Positions 17,071 to 27,103 of a stretch of 46,066 bases of DNA are shown piece after piece. The stretch's first letter is position 1. Each line of letters starts with the position of its first letter. The stretch comes from Pirellula sp. (GTDB lineage: Bacteria > Planctomycetota > Planctomycetia > Pirellulales > Pirellulaceae), in NCBI GenBank assembly GCA_040080875.1, contig JBEBHM010000001.1:1-46066 (forward strand), in the 5' to 3' direction. A model generated the notes under the pieces. That model was not told the DNA's origin. It ran no database searches and saw nothing but the letters and a program-made list of their open reading frames with translations. The position numbers and the translations under genes were made by a program.

Positions 17071-18561
17071 CTATGGATTCGCCGGTTCCGTCTTTTCCTT
17101 GACCGCATCCGCTTCTCCATTTTGCGGACGGATCATTTCGAAGTAGCGGCGAATCGTTTGGCGATGCCCGAGAGGAATGGACTCGGACTCAAGAACCGAT
17201 TCACTCAAGGCTTCGTATTTGCCTGCGTTTTGGCGATACTGTCGAACAGCTTCTTGCTCTTGTTCAGGCGCTGTGCTGGTTTCGATATCGACTTCGCCTT
17301 GTCCGGAGTCTTGGCCTGTGATGTTGACTTGTTGGCCCGACTTCAGTCTTGCGGTTTTGTCACCTGGGTCATTTCCGCTGCGAGCAAGACCTGCCTTTTC
17401 GCCACCCTTTTTCTTGCTCTCGCTTTGGCTCTTGCATTCCGATTCGCACTCTCCCTTGCATTCACCGAGGCATTGGCACTGTTTGCGAAGGAAATCGGTA
17501 AGCTTTTTTCGTTGTCCCTGCTTCTTGCTTTCGCTAGCAAGCCCATTCGCACCATCTTTAAACTTGCTCTTGTCCCCTTGGCTAATGCCTTGGCACAATT
17601 GCGCGACAGCATCTTTGATTTGTTGCTTCTTTTGTCCGTCACTTGAGTTCTGTTGCAGTTGGTCGAGTTTTTCGGTGACTGCTTTTTCTGTCTTTCGGTC
17701 GAGCTCGGGCAGTTCCAATTTGGCAAGTTCCTCAGCAGCTTTTTCCATTTCACCTTTGGAAAGCGCGTTGCCCGCGCTAGCCATCGATTCTGCCAGCGCT
17801 AACGCTTTGCCGATCTCTTGCAATTGAGATTCTGTTTGTGGTTCGGCCGTCTGCTTTTGCATATCTTGCAGCGAGGCTTCCATTTCAGAAAGTTTTGCGA
17901 GGGCTTCTTTGGGGTCCATGCCCGGCTGTTTCATCTCTTCGATTTTCGCTGCTAACTCTTTCAGCAGTTTTTCCAGTTCAGGATTATTTTGTTCCTCTTG
18001 GATTTCGCGAAGCTCCTCTAAACCTGCATCGATCCTTGCAGCTTGTGCCAAGATGATATCGTTGCTGACCAGGGCTGCGATCGCGTTTTCTTTCGGACCA
18101 GTGATGAAGGCGAGAACAACAGCTGCGCAGGTGAGCGCCATCCCCCATACCCAAGATCGTGGTGCAGCGATCGGAGCCACTCGAACGGGATCAACTTTCT
18201 TAAGGTGACTCTCGGTATCGGCAATCTGCAGTCTTCGGACGGGGGAATCATCCGGGTTGGCCATGAATCCCAGAGCGGTTTCGGTGCGATCCTTGAGTCC
18301 ACAACGACGATCGATGGCAACCGCAGCGTTTTGCACGGATCGAGATCTGAGCCACGAATAAACGGCACCGATGGCAGGTCCGGCTAAGACTACCAATCCG
18401 ATCCAAGTCCAAGAGATGGTTCCCGAAAGTGCGAATCGCAAAATTGCGAGCAAGCAACCAGCGCATCCACCGATGACCATACCCAAGGACGTGCACTGCC
18501 AAGTCCATTGTTTCTGAAGTCGACTTTGAACCGCTTGAACTCTTGCATGAATCGTGGTCAT
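17071..18561 (-). CDS. membrane-anchored coiled-coil hypothetical protein (DUF4175-like)
   Basis: About three TM segments, AVAIDRRCGLKDRTETAL, a long E/K/Q coiled coil, a Cys-rich segment CQCLGECKGECESEC, and a C-terminal ESIPLGHRQTIRRYFEMI. Confidence 0.85.
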   Translation of the reverse strand: MTTIHARVQAVQSRLQKQWTWQCTSLGMVIGGCAGCLLAILRFALSGTISWTWIGLVVLAGPAIGAVYSWLRSRSVQNAAVAIDRRCGLKDRTETALGFMANPDDSPVRRLQIADTESHLKKVDPVRVAPIAAPRSWVWGMALTCAAVVLAFITGPKENAIAALVSNDIILAQAARIDAGLEELREIQEEQNNPELEKLLKELAAKIEEMKQPGMDPKEALAKLSEMEASLQDMQKQTAEPQTESQLQEIGKALALAESMASAGNALSKGEMEKAAEELAKLELPELDRKTEKAVTEKLDQLQQNSSDGQKKQQIKDAVAQLCQGISQGDKSKFKDGANGLASESKKQGQRKKLTDFLRKQCQCLGECKGECESECKSQSESKKKGGEKAGLARSGNDPGDKTARLKSGQQVNITGQDSGQGEVDIETSTAPEQEQEAVRQYRQNAGKYEALSESVLESESIPLGHRQTIRRYFEMIRPQNGEADAVKEKTEPANP

Positions 18562-18730
18562 GACTGACGTCCTATAGAAAATGTTTTTTGGAGACGTTCG
18601 ACAGATGCTTCAACCCAGATGGAAACTGATGGTATCGTTTTTCAACCTTGGATGAAAGCTTGTTAGTCAAAGAAATGCAAAAGTCGGCCAAAATGGGGGA
18701 TTCCTCGCCGGCAGTCTGACACATGCGATT

Positions 18731-18874
18731 GAGGGCCTTGTGCCCGAGGAAAGCATCAGGTTTGGTGCCCTAGGACGCGCAGCCCCCTTTAGGGCGCCAA
18801 ACCTATTGCGACAAACCGGGACAAGCCCGGCCCATCGCGTCACCCCGGCCCGTCGCGTCACCCCGGCGCGTCGC
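18731..18874. repeat. composite palindromic/tandem repeat region (REP-like)
   Basis: 15-bp inverted repeat aggtttggtgcccta (18758-18772) / tagggcgccaaacct (18790-18804), flanked by gggccttgtgccc and ccgggacaagcccgg, followed by an 18-bp tandem cccggcccRtcgcgtcac of about 2.7 copies (18826-18874). Confidence 0.75.
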
Positions 18875-18896
18875 TAAGCTAAGGCACCGAACTTAA

Positions 18897-21800
18897 TCAA
18901 GGACTTTCGCGAGGAACATTCCGATGAACAAAGAGTCGATACGCTTTAAGCAACTCGTCACGGTCGAGAGCACCGTCCCGGTCGATGTCGTAGGACGACG
19001 CATTTTGGATTTTCGAACTGATCTCACTCATCTCGAGTTTTTCGTTCTTGTTCAAGTCCCACTGGGCTATAAGCGAAGCTGCGACTGAAAGGCCTCGTTT
19101 CGAATAGAACTCATCCTGCCACTTTTTTTGAACTTCGACTGAACTTGCGTCAAAGGCGCCACAAAAGATGAAATAGGAGATCCACTCTTTCTCGGACACG
19201 CTCCGTGCGTTGTCGACATGGCCCGTATTCGACATGATTTGGGGTGGATGTATCGATAGAGATATCGCAATCAGCGACTGTGTAAACGGATTCGGAGACA
19301 ACATTTGCGCAAACGCAAGTGTTTGATCGATCGTCGACGACATGAGTCGCTCCATTTCCGGTTGAAGCTGCGACTCGACTTTTAGCGAAGTCGCCAAGTA
19401 GATGAGATCTTGAGCGGTAACCCTTTTGAAGCTAATCCCGACTTCGTTATGGTAATGAAAGACGATACTACTTGAGAACAAATTTCCGGAGTTTTTCGAA
19501 ACACGGAATGGAGTGGACCCCAATGGGACTTCTGTGAATTGTGTAAGTTGCTCAGGCATGTCGCAAAGGGATTTCAATCTTGAACGCAGAGCAACGACCA
19601 TTTCGTCGGCCCGAGGAAGTGGCTCGATATTTGCGCGATTGAACAACAGCTCATCGTGCAACTGCTCCAGAATCTTCGCGGCCTGGAGCACATGTGGCAG
19701 AGAAGATTCGACGTTCAGAAACACGTCGACGGCTCGTTTCTGAACAGCGTTCACAAATGCCGGCATAGCAAAACGATTAGTACCATCAAATCCAAATCCG
19801 GGGCTTTTTGAAAGCCAATAGTCGTTATCCAAGCTCTTGGCCGATAGCAGGATCTCCATCAACGATCGGTCCCTCTCGGAGGGTAATTCACCGAGCTGCT
19901 TGACGATCAGATTCGCCATGAAATGAATCAAGTCTTTGTTCTGAGAAGTTGCGGGTTTGTCCGCGATGACATTCAACAACGGTTGCAAGTCAGTCACCGA
20001 CTGGGACGCAGGAAGCGAATCGCCAGCAACGATTCGGTGTGGCCAGGAAAGGTCTGTTGATTTCAGCTCGACGGCCATTCGTTCCACGAAGTCCTTGATT
20101 GGTACGCACGAGCGAAGCACGCCAAAGACGACCGAATCCATTGGTGTCGAAACGGTGACCGTCCTAGTTTCTTGTCCACGCCCTCCTGACCCTCGGACTT
20201 TCTCAATTACCTCACGCTTGAATATGTAGTTCCGCTTTTTAGGCGTTGTTTTCCACAGGTGCTCGTAAATGGTTAGCTGGTTGGCCTCGTTGCGAAGAGC
20301 CGCGATGGCTTTAAGTGCTTCCTCAAGCTTGTTCTCGCTTGTTTCGCGGGTGAACGTGTCGAGCCAATCTGCAAGCGGCCTGCCATCGTACAGGGGCTCA
20401 ACCGCAGTTGGTTGGCTCTTTGCGCTTGGTGCGCCTCTTGTCCCAGATGAACCTCCCCTGGGCTGAGGCCTTTCGCGGTAGCTGAGCAGTTCCGATTCGG
20501 AAATGATTTGATCTTGGTCCGTGTCGACCTCTTTCGGAGATGGTATTCCCTTGCTTGCTTCGTCGTAGCTCAGCTTGCCATTTTGGTCAGTGTCGAGAGT
20601 CTTGACCTCCTCAGCGATGATGCGTTGCTTTCGTTTGGAAGCGATTTCGTTTTTTAGTTGCTCAAGCTCAGCACTTGTAAGTGTTTTCGCAACCGAACTT
20701 AGGACTAGGTATGCGATCCATTCTTGCTCCGTCATGTTGCGTGGCTCATCATCTGAAAAAGATAATCGCCCAGGAAGTGGCCATGAAACATGTATCGACT
20801 TCCGTCTGTCAATTCGAATTTGCGGAATCAGCTTATGACTCAATTGGACGACCAAACCCAAAGTAAGCTGTCGAATCGACGATAGTTCCGTTTGAATGCT
20901 ATCGTCAAGTTCCAGTTGCCTTGCGAGATTCACAAGCTCCGCGACAACATTCATAAATGTCGGGGACGAATTTATTCCTATCCCACCAACTTGGTCGTCG
21001 AGGAGAAAATCCATAAAGTCGAGTTTCCGTGGCTCTTCGGTATTCTCTAATCTCGTAAGCGCACCCAGATCAACCGTACGATCACGAAGTCGCTTACCGA
21101 TCGCTTTTGCTAACTCGTTGCGGCGCGTAATCGGTTCAAGTGCGGGCAATTTACTCGCCTTGCTCGTGACTTTCTGCAATTGAATGATCGCTTGGACAAC
21201 GACATTGTCTGAAGTCGATTCGTCAATGATTGCCTCGACAGCTTTTTGCTGGATCATGTTCATGAGACTGTTATCAGCATGAGTCACATGAGTAAGAATA
21301 CTGCTTGAAAACCAGTAGGAACTTCCTACTGCAGGAGTGGTACTTAATACTCGAGCGATCCGATCTCGATCACTCTGTTGCAATAGCTTTGAAAACAGTC
21401 CGTTTGCGAGAAACCCGGCCATGTCCTTTGCGAGCGGCGAGTCTTTTTCAACCCGAGTGAGTACACTCTCGATTGTGTCAACTATTGGTGCGATATCTGT
21501 ATGAGGACCGTTGGCTACAGACGAAAAATACTTTGTCAACTGGGAGACAAGCCGCTGTCTCCAGATGGTATTGTCCTTGCGAAGTTCAGTTGCAGCGCGA
21601 TGAATGAACTCGTCTGGTGACGGGAAATTGAGCAAGATACGAAAGGTGGCAGAATCCACTTTGTGGTGGCCCGTTCGAGCGGACTCATCCCGTTTGTTTG
21701 GCCATGCACCCCAAAGTCGCTCCGTTACCATCTGTTTCTTATCGGGAGTGACCAGCGCGGAAATCGCTTGGATGGAATCCGTAAGTTGTTCCAGGTTAGA

Positions 21801-23480
21801 TTCTTGGTCGAATTGGTTTAGCCAATCGGCCAGTGGCTTTCCGTTGTACACAGGCTCGCTGCTTTTTGTTAACGAAGAAGCGTTAGACGGTCTTCCGGTG
21901 ACTTGGCTTCGGATGCGAGCGATGACGGTGCTGCCGCTTTTGATTTCGATGTTGGATTGATCCAGTTCCAGTTCGTGCCCCGCTCCATCAATGGCGATCT
22001 CATACTTACCAGCATACAACCGCGTCGCATTCGCTCCCGGAACCACTTTGAGTTTGTGATAATTCTCTCCGCCCTGCAACACTTTCACTTCCACGTTGGC
22101 CACGTCGGACTCGATGATCAATTGGCCCTTGCCCCATTCCAACGTCAAGAAGATACCGAGCAAGGCCAACGGTACCATGGCGGCTGCGACCAGCCAACCG
22201 ATACGTCGAATCCCTCGTCCCCCGACTTGATCTGCTTTCTGTTCTCTCTCCCTGGACGGTCGCCAAGTTTCACCGGTTGCCGGATCCGCATTGTCCGCAA
22301 CATTGTCGGCAAGCATCGCCTTAGAGACGAGCGATTGAAGATCGGCCTTCTCAACGAATTCGCTCAATTCTTCCGCGACATGCGCAGCGCTTGCGGGTCG
22401 ATCGTTCGGATCGCGAGCGAGGAGCCTTTCGACGAGGCCAACCAATTTGGGTGGCGCGTCAGGCCTCAGCGTGTCGAGCTTCGGAGACTTTTGGGTGGCC
22501 AGAACTCGCAACTTGGCTAGCGGCGATAGACCGGGTGAAGCCACCAACGGGGCACGCCCGCAGAGCAATCGGAACAAAGTCGCACCCAACGAATACAAGT
22601 CGGCTCGATAGTCGACCGCTTCGGCTCGTTCGGCTTGTTCCGGCGCCATGTAGTCGAGCGTGCCCATCAATTGCCCTACCGTCGTTAGCTCGGCAGACGC
22701 TTCATCCCATAAACTCACGTGTGCTAATCCGAAGTCGAGAATCTTTACATCGCCCGATTGGCTGATCATCAAGTTGGATGGTTTGATGTCGCGGTGTACG
22801 ACCCCCATCGCATGCGCGTGCGAAAGGCCAAGGGCAACGGTTTTGGCGATCGAGCAAGCGTCCGGTACATTCAACATGCCAACGAGGCGTGCGATGCGGC
22901 TCACGTCCAGGCCATCGACAAATTCCATGACCAGATAGTGAGTGCCGTCGTGTTGTCCGGCGTCGGTCGCTTGCACGATGGCTGGATGATTGAGTTGACC
23001 GGCAGTGCGAATCTCGCGTTTGAATCGGGCTGCATAATGATCGTTTCGGAATGGACGCGAAGGCAGGACTTTGATGGCCACCCGTTTGTGCAGTTGACTA
23101 TGTTTGCCGAGATAAACGCATCCCATGCCTCCTTGCCCGAGCGATCGTTCGATTTCGTAGGGTCCGATGTGCGAATCGATGTTGGGTTCGACGCGTTCGG
23201 GCGGTTCCGGTGATTCCGCTACGGGCAGCCGCTTTGCTTGTCGAAGCGCGTAGGCGACGGCAGCGTCAGGTGTATCCGAGTCTTGAGCATGGGCCGTTTC
23301 GAGACCATCGCGGACTTGTACGGCTAGCGAGTCGGGTTCAGACTCGAGACTGGAAATACGAAGCTCGCATTGGCTGCATCGGCGCAGATGGCTCTCGATC
23401 GAATCGCTCTCTGGCTCGTCCAGCCAACCGGAAAGATACTCTCTCATTTTTTCCGGTGGAACACATTTGGCGATGGACAT
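18897..23480 (-). CDS. transmembrane Hanks-type Ser/Thr kinase with N-terminal zinc-finger anti-sigma-like motif and duplicated EF-hand-containing extracytoplasmic modules
   Basis: HLRRCSQC (HxxxCxxC), LGQGGMGCVY, VAIK, HRDIKPSN, DFG, GTLDYMAPE, a TM segment (WLVAAAMVPLALLGIFLTL), and EF-hand loops DTDQNGKLSYDE and DIDRDGALDRDE. Confidence 0.95.
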   Translation of the reverse strand: MSIAKCVPPEKMREYLSGWLDEPESDSIESHLRRCSQCELRISSLESEPDSLAVQVRDGLETAHAQDSDTPDAAVAYALRQAKRLPVAESPEPPERVEPNIDSHIGPYEIERSLGQGGMGCVYLGKHSQLHKRVAIKVLPSRPFRNDHYAARFKREIRTAGQLNHPAIVQATDAGQHDGTHYLVMEFVDGLDVSRIARLVGMLNVPDACSIAKTVALGLSHAHAMGVVHRDIKPSNLMISQSGDVKILDFGLAHVSLWDEASAELTTVGQLMGTLDYMAPEQAERAEAVDYRADLYSLGATLFRLLCGRAPLVASPGLSPLAKLRVLATQKSPKLDTLRPDAPPKLVGLVERLLARDPNDRPASAAHVAEELSEFVEKADLQSLVSKAMLADNVADNADPATGETWRPSREREQKADQVGGRGIRRIGWLVAAAMVPLALLGIFLTLEWGKGQLIIESDVANVEVKVLQGGENYHKLKVVPGANATRLYAGKYEIAIDGAGHELELDQSNIEIKSGSTVIARIRSQVTGRPSNASSLTKSSEPVYNGKPLADWLNQFDQESNLEQLTDSIQAISALVTPDKKQMVTERLWGAWPNKRDESARTGHHKVDSATFRILLNFPSPDEFIHRAATELRKDNTIWRQRLVSQLTKYFSSVANGPHTDIAPIVDTIESVLTRVEKDSPLAKDMAGFLANGLFSKLLQQSDRDRIARVLSTTPAVGSSYWFSSSILTHVTHADNSLMNMIQQKAVEAIIDESTSDNVVVQAIIQLQKVTSKASKLPALEPITRRNELAKAIGKRLRDRTVDLGALTRLENTEEPRKLDFMDFLLDDQVGGIGINSSPTFMNVVAELVNLARQLELDDSIQTELSSIRQLTLGLVVQLSHKLIPQIRIDRRKSIHVSWPLPGRLSFSDDEPRNMTEQEWIAYLVLSSVAKTLTSAELEQLKNEIASKRKQRIIAEEVKTLDTDQNGKLSYDEASKGIPSPKEVDTDQDQIISESELLSYRERPQPRGGSSGTRGAPSAKSQPTAVEPLYDGRPLADWLDTFTRETSENKLEEALKAIAALRNEANQLTIYEHLWKTTPKKRNYIFKREVIEKVRGSGGRGQETRTVTVSTPMDSVVFGVLRSCVPIKDFVERMAVELKSTDLSWPHRIVAGDSLPASQSVTDLQPLLNVIADKPATSQNKDLIHFMANLIVKQLGELPSERDRSLMEILLSAKSLDNDYWLSKSPGFGFDGTNRFAMPAFVNAVQKRAVDVFLNVESSLPHVLQAAKILEQLHDELLFNRANIEPLPRADEMVVALRSRLKSLCDMPEQLTQFTEVPLGSTPFRVSKNSGNLFSSSIVFHYHNEVGISFKRVTAQDLIYLATSLKVESQLQPEMERLMSSTIDQTLAFAQMLSPNPFTQSLIAISLSIHPPQIMSNTGHVDNARSVSEKEWISYFIFCGAFDASSVEVQKKWQDEFYSKRGLSVAASLIAQWDLNKNEKLEMSEISSKIQNASSYDIDRDGALDRDELLKAYRLFVHRNVPRESP

Positions 23481-23592
23481 GGATTAGCCTTTCAGGAAAC
23501 ATAATAGATGGTTTCTATCGCAAGCACCACAATTCCAAGAACGCACGACGCGTGACAGGATCTTTTGTGTTCGTAAAATCGCAGGTAAATTG

Positions 23593-24210
23593 ATGGCAAT
23601 GCCAGAAATGCAAATCGATTCCGAGAGCTCGGGAAAGACTCGCGCCAGTTTGATTTCGAGGGCAAAGAATCGACAGCCGGACGCTTGGAGTGAACTTGTC
23701 GATCTCTATGGTCCGCTCGTTGCGCATTGGTGTGCCAGGTGCGGCATGGATTCTCATACGACGGCTGACTGCGTTCAAGAAGTGTTCTCGTCGGTTTCTC
23801 GCTCGTTGGATCGATTCACGGCCCAGCGAGCTTCGGGAGCTTTTCGAGCGTGGTTGTGGGTGATCGCGTCGAACAAGATCAAAGATGAATGGCGTCGTCG
23901 ATCGCGAAACGTTCAAGCCGTCGGTGGAAGCACCGCGCTGGGTGCGCTTCAAAACCAGCCTGACGGTGCGAGCGTACCTGACGACGAGCCGAGTTCATCG
24001 TTCGAAATGAAGCGACTTGTTGCTCGAGGACTGGAACAAATCAAAGCCGAGTTCGAGGTGCGGACATGGCTGATTTTTGAGCGATCGGTAGTCGACAGTT
24101 TATCGACGGAAGCGGTTGCAACCGAATTCGGAGTATCTCCATCTGCAGTGAGACAAATCCGCAGTCGAGTGCTCCGCCGTTTGAGAAAGCAGCTGGGTGA
24201 TGACCTTTAA
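23593..24210 (+). CDS. ECF-family RNA polymerase sigma factor
   Basis: TRASLISR..DAWSELVDLYGPLV, region 2 CVQEVF..GAFRAWLWVIASNKIKD, and region 4 LSTEAVATEFGVSPSAVRQIRSRVLRRLR. Confidence 0.93.
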   Translation: MAMPEMQIDSESSGKTRASLISRAKNRQPDAWSELVDLYGPLVAHWCARCGMDSHTTADCVQEVFSSVSRSLDRFTAQRASGAFRAWLWVIASNKIKDEWRRRSRNVQAVGGSTALGALQNQPDGASVPDDEPSSSFEMKRLVARGLEQIKAEFEVRTWLIFERSVVDSLSTEAVATEFGVSPSAVRQIRSRVLRRLRKQLGDDL

Positions 24211-24624
24211 CTATTACGACAGCGCAATTGTGGCGACTTTTGCTCCGCAAAATCGGTTGTGGGCCGTCGAGAGGCAGCCTCAACGCCATCCTGCGCTGTC
24301 GTACTAATCGATTGATCGGAATGCGAATTCCTCTCTCCCAATTGACTCTGGGATTCGCTATTTGTGCCAAACCCGTTGAGTTGGCACCGTGTGCCGGTGA
24401 AATTCTGATGACGATCGACGGTAGCGAGACGCGGATGTCGGTATTACTGCCGGATGGCATCCAGCAAGCCCAGCTAAGGTTTGAATTGAGGTCATGCGAA
24501 ACCATCTCCGATCACTCCCAAGAGGTTGGCGTATCTCGAACCCAGAGTGCTGCTCGCCAACCCATGGTGACGCTGCACCGATTGTCGTTCCCTTGGAGAC
24601 GGAAACGGAAGTAGAATAGTGGGT

Positions 24625-27099
24625 ATGAATTCTCGACTCTCTGTTCCTGCAGTTCTTTCCATATTTGCCGTTCTCGCGGTCCAGCTTTGTTCTGCCCAAC
24701 AGCAAACGGCTGAGGACGAAGCGTTTTTTGAAACTCGTGTTCGACCATTGTTGGCGGATCGCTGCTTTGAGTGCCATCGTCGCAAAGCAGAAGGCGGCTT
24801 GCGCCTTGATTCGTTGAACGGCATGATCAAGGGTGGTAAGTCCGGTCCAGCCGTGGTTGCCCGAGATGCAACCAACAGTCTTTTGTGGCAAGTCATGGCA
24901 GGCAAACATGCTGACATTTCGATGCCGCCCAACGAGCGACTCAGTGAAAGCGAAGTAGACGTCTTCCGTCAGTGGATCGCCAGCGGCGCGCATTGGCCCG
25001 ATCAATCGCATGCCTTGAACGGTCGCGATCCAATCATTCGCGAATCCGACATTACCGACGAAGAACGCAATTTCTGGTCCTTTCAGCCCATCTCGCGCCC
25101 GACCGTGCCAAGCTTGGATGACAAAACAACAAACGGAGCTAGCGCCGAAAGTAAACGCGCTACGCATCCGGTCGATGCCTTGATTGTGGACCAACAAAAG
25201 GCGTCGGGACTAACCCCCCATCGACCGGCCACGCCCAGAAGCCTCATTCGTAGATTGACGTACGACTTGACCGGTTTGCCACCGAATCCCCAGGATGTGA
25301 TTGACTTCGAAGCGGACATGGCGGTCGCCCCAAGCGAAGCTCGTGCCAAACTGGTGGAGCGATTGCTGGCATCCAAGCGATATGGCGAGCGCTGGGCACA
25401 ACACTGGCTCGACCTGGTGCGCTACGCTGACACTGCGGGGGATGCTGCGGATTATCCGATTCCAGAAGCTTACAAGTATCGAAACTATGTTATCGATACT
25501 TTCAATCAGGACAAACCGTATGATCAGTTTGTGCGTGAACAAATTGCGGGCGACTTGATGACCAGCCGCAGTCCCGAAGAGGCTTGGGAGCGAACGATCG
25601 CCACCGGTTACATTGCGATCTCGCGCCGCATTGGGGTGACGCCTGAAACTCTGCCGCACATTACGATCGAGGACACGATCGACAACCTCAGCAAAACATT
25701 CCTGGGGCTGTCGGTTGGTTGTGCACGATGCCACGACCACAAATTCGATCCCATTCCAACGTCCGATTACTACGCGCTGTATGGAATCTTTAAGAGTACA
25801 CTTTATCCGCATGCGGGGGCCGAACACAAACCCTATCGCAGCGACTTCGTCTACCGAGTCGGAAAGGAAGCTGCGGATCAATTGTTACGCGAACACCGCT
25901 CGGCTCTCGCTCCGCTGCTGAAAAAGGAACGTGCAGCGTTTGAACGGTACAGAGACTTTCAACGCAAGCCGGTTGATCGACCAGGCTACAATCGCGATGT
26001 CGCTTGGAAAGAAGTGATGATGCTTCGAAGTGAAATCGAGAAAGCCGCCGAGACGTTTCCCGATTTGGACATCGCGTTCGCAGTCAGTGAAGGCAAACCC
26101 GAGGATGCCCACATTCAAAAACAAGGCGAACCTCGGAATAAAGCGGAAATGGTCCGACGAGGCTTTTTGCAAATTCTCGGCGGACAAATTCTAGCCGAAG
26201 AACTTTCGCATCAAAGCGGGCGTTTGCAATTGGCCCATTGGATTGCAAACGACCAGAATCCTTTGACCGCGCGCGTGATCGTGAACCGCATTTGGCATCA
26301 TCATTTCGGTCGCGGATTGGTGGCGACTACCAGCGACTTCGGCGTGCGCGGAACCCGACCTTCGCATCCCCAGCTGCTCGACTTTCTGGCAAATTACTTG
26401 ATCGATAACCATTGGTCGATCAAGCAACTTCATCGATTGATCGTCAGTTCGGAGACTTACGGGCTCGATAGCGGCGACGTGCCACGAAACTCTGCGATCG
26501 ACCCAGAGAACATCGGGATATGGAGAAGTAATCGACGTCGTTTGGATGCCGAGCAGATTCGAGATTCGATCCTACAATTCAGCGGTAGTCTGGACGAATC
26601 ACGCAGCGGTCGGCATCCGTTTCCGAATCCTCTCACCTATTTTTACCGTCAGCATGAACCCTTTATCGGCAATTTCGAAACCTCCCAGCGCACGATCTAT
26701 CAGTTCCGTCAGCGTATCCGAAAAAATGTTTACTTGGATACGTTTGACGCTCCGGACGGCAATTTGCATGTCGGCGAGCGGCGTTCCACCACGACAGGAA
26801 TTCAATCGTTGTTCATGCTCAATTCGCCATTTGTCGCCGAGCAGTCGCATACAATCGCGAGTCGCTTGAGAAAAATCTTTCCGTCGAGCGATCTCCGGAT
26901 CGAGTGGCTTTACGCGAACCTGTTTAACCGCGTTCCGACCAAGGAGGAAGTTCAAGTTGTGCGAAGTCAGTTGACCGCAATAATGAAACAAACGTACGAC
27001 TTTTCTCAGTTGGAAGATGGTGAGGAGGCAGACCTCGACGCCTGGGCCAGTCTGATTCGGGCGATGTTATGCAGTAACGCGTTTTTGTTTGTGGACTAA
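24625..27099 (+). CDS. planctomycete cytochrome c domain protein with DUF1549/DUF1553 (PSCyt/PSD1)
   Basis: FFETRVRPLLADRCFECH, WSFQP, LIRRLTYDLTGLPP, YGERWAQHWLDLVRYADT, CARCHDHKFDPI, NPLTARVIVNRIWHHHFGRG and RRLDAEQIRDS. Confidence 0.95.
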   Translation: MNSRLSVPAVLSIFAVLAVQLCSAQQQTAEDEAFFETRVRPLLADRCFECHRRKAEGGLRLDSLNGMIKGGKSGPAVVARDATNSLLWQVMAGKHADISMPPNERLSESEVDVFRQWIASGAHWPDQSHALNGRDPIIRESDITDEERNFWSFQPISRPTVPSLDDKTTNGASAESKRATHPVDALIVDQQKASGLTPHRPATPRSLIRRLTYDLTGLPPNPQDVIDFEADMAVAPSEARAKLVERLLASKRYGERWAQHWLDLVRYADTAGDAADYPIPEAYKYRNYVIDTFNQDKPYDQFVREQIAGDLMTSRSPEEAWERTIATGYIAISRRIGVTPETLPHITIEDTIDNLSKTFLGLSVGCARCHDHKFDPIPTSDYYALYGIFKSTLYPHAGAEHKPYRSDFVYRVGKEAADQLLREHRSALAPLLKKERAAFERYRDFQRKPVDRPGYNRDVAWKEVMMLRSEIEKAAETFPDLDIAFAVSEGKPEDAHIQKQGEPRNKAEMVRRGFLQILGGQILAEELSHQSGRLQLAHWIANDQNPLTARVIVNRIWHHHFGRGLVATTSDFGVRGTRPSHPQLLDFLANYLIDNHWSIKQLHRLIVSSETYGLDSGDVPRNSAIDPENIGIWRSNRRRLDAEQIRDSILQFSGSLDESRSGRHPFPNPLTYFYRQHEPFIGNFETSQRTIYQFRQRIRKNVYLDTFDAPDGNLHVGERRSTTTGIQSLFMLNSPFVAEQSHTIASRLRKIFPSSDLRIEWLYANLFNRVPTKEEVQVVRSQLTAIMKQTYDFSQLEDGEEADLDAWASLIRAMLCSNAFLFVD

Positions 27100-27103
27100 G
27101 CTC

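Noticed and set aside
18826-18874. Possible mini-CRISPR array
   Set aside because: The units are directly adjacent with no unique spacers, and there are no cas genes in the window.
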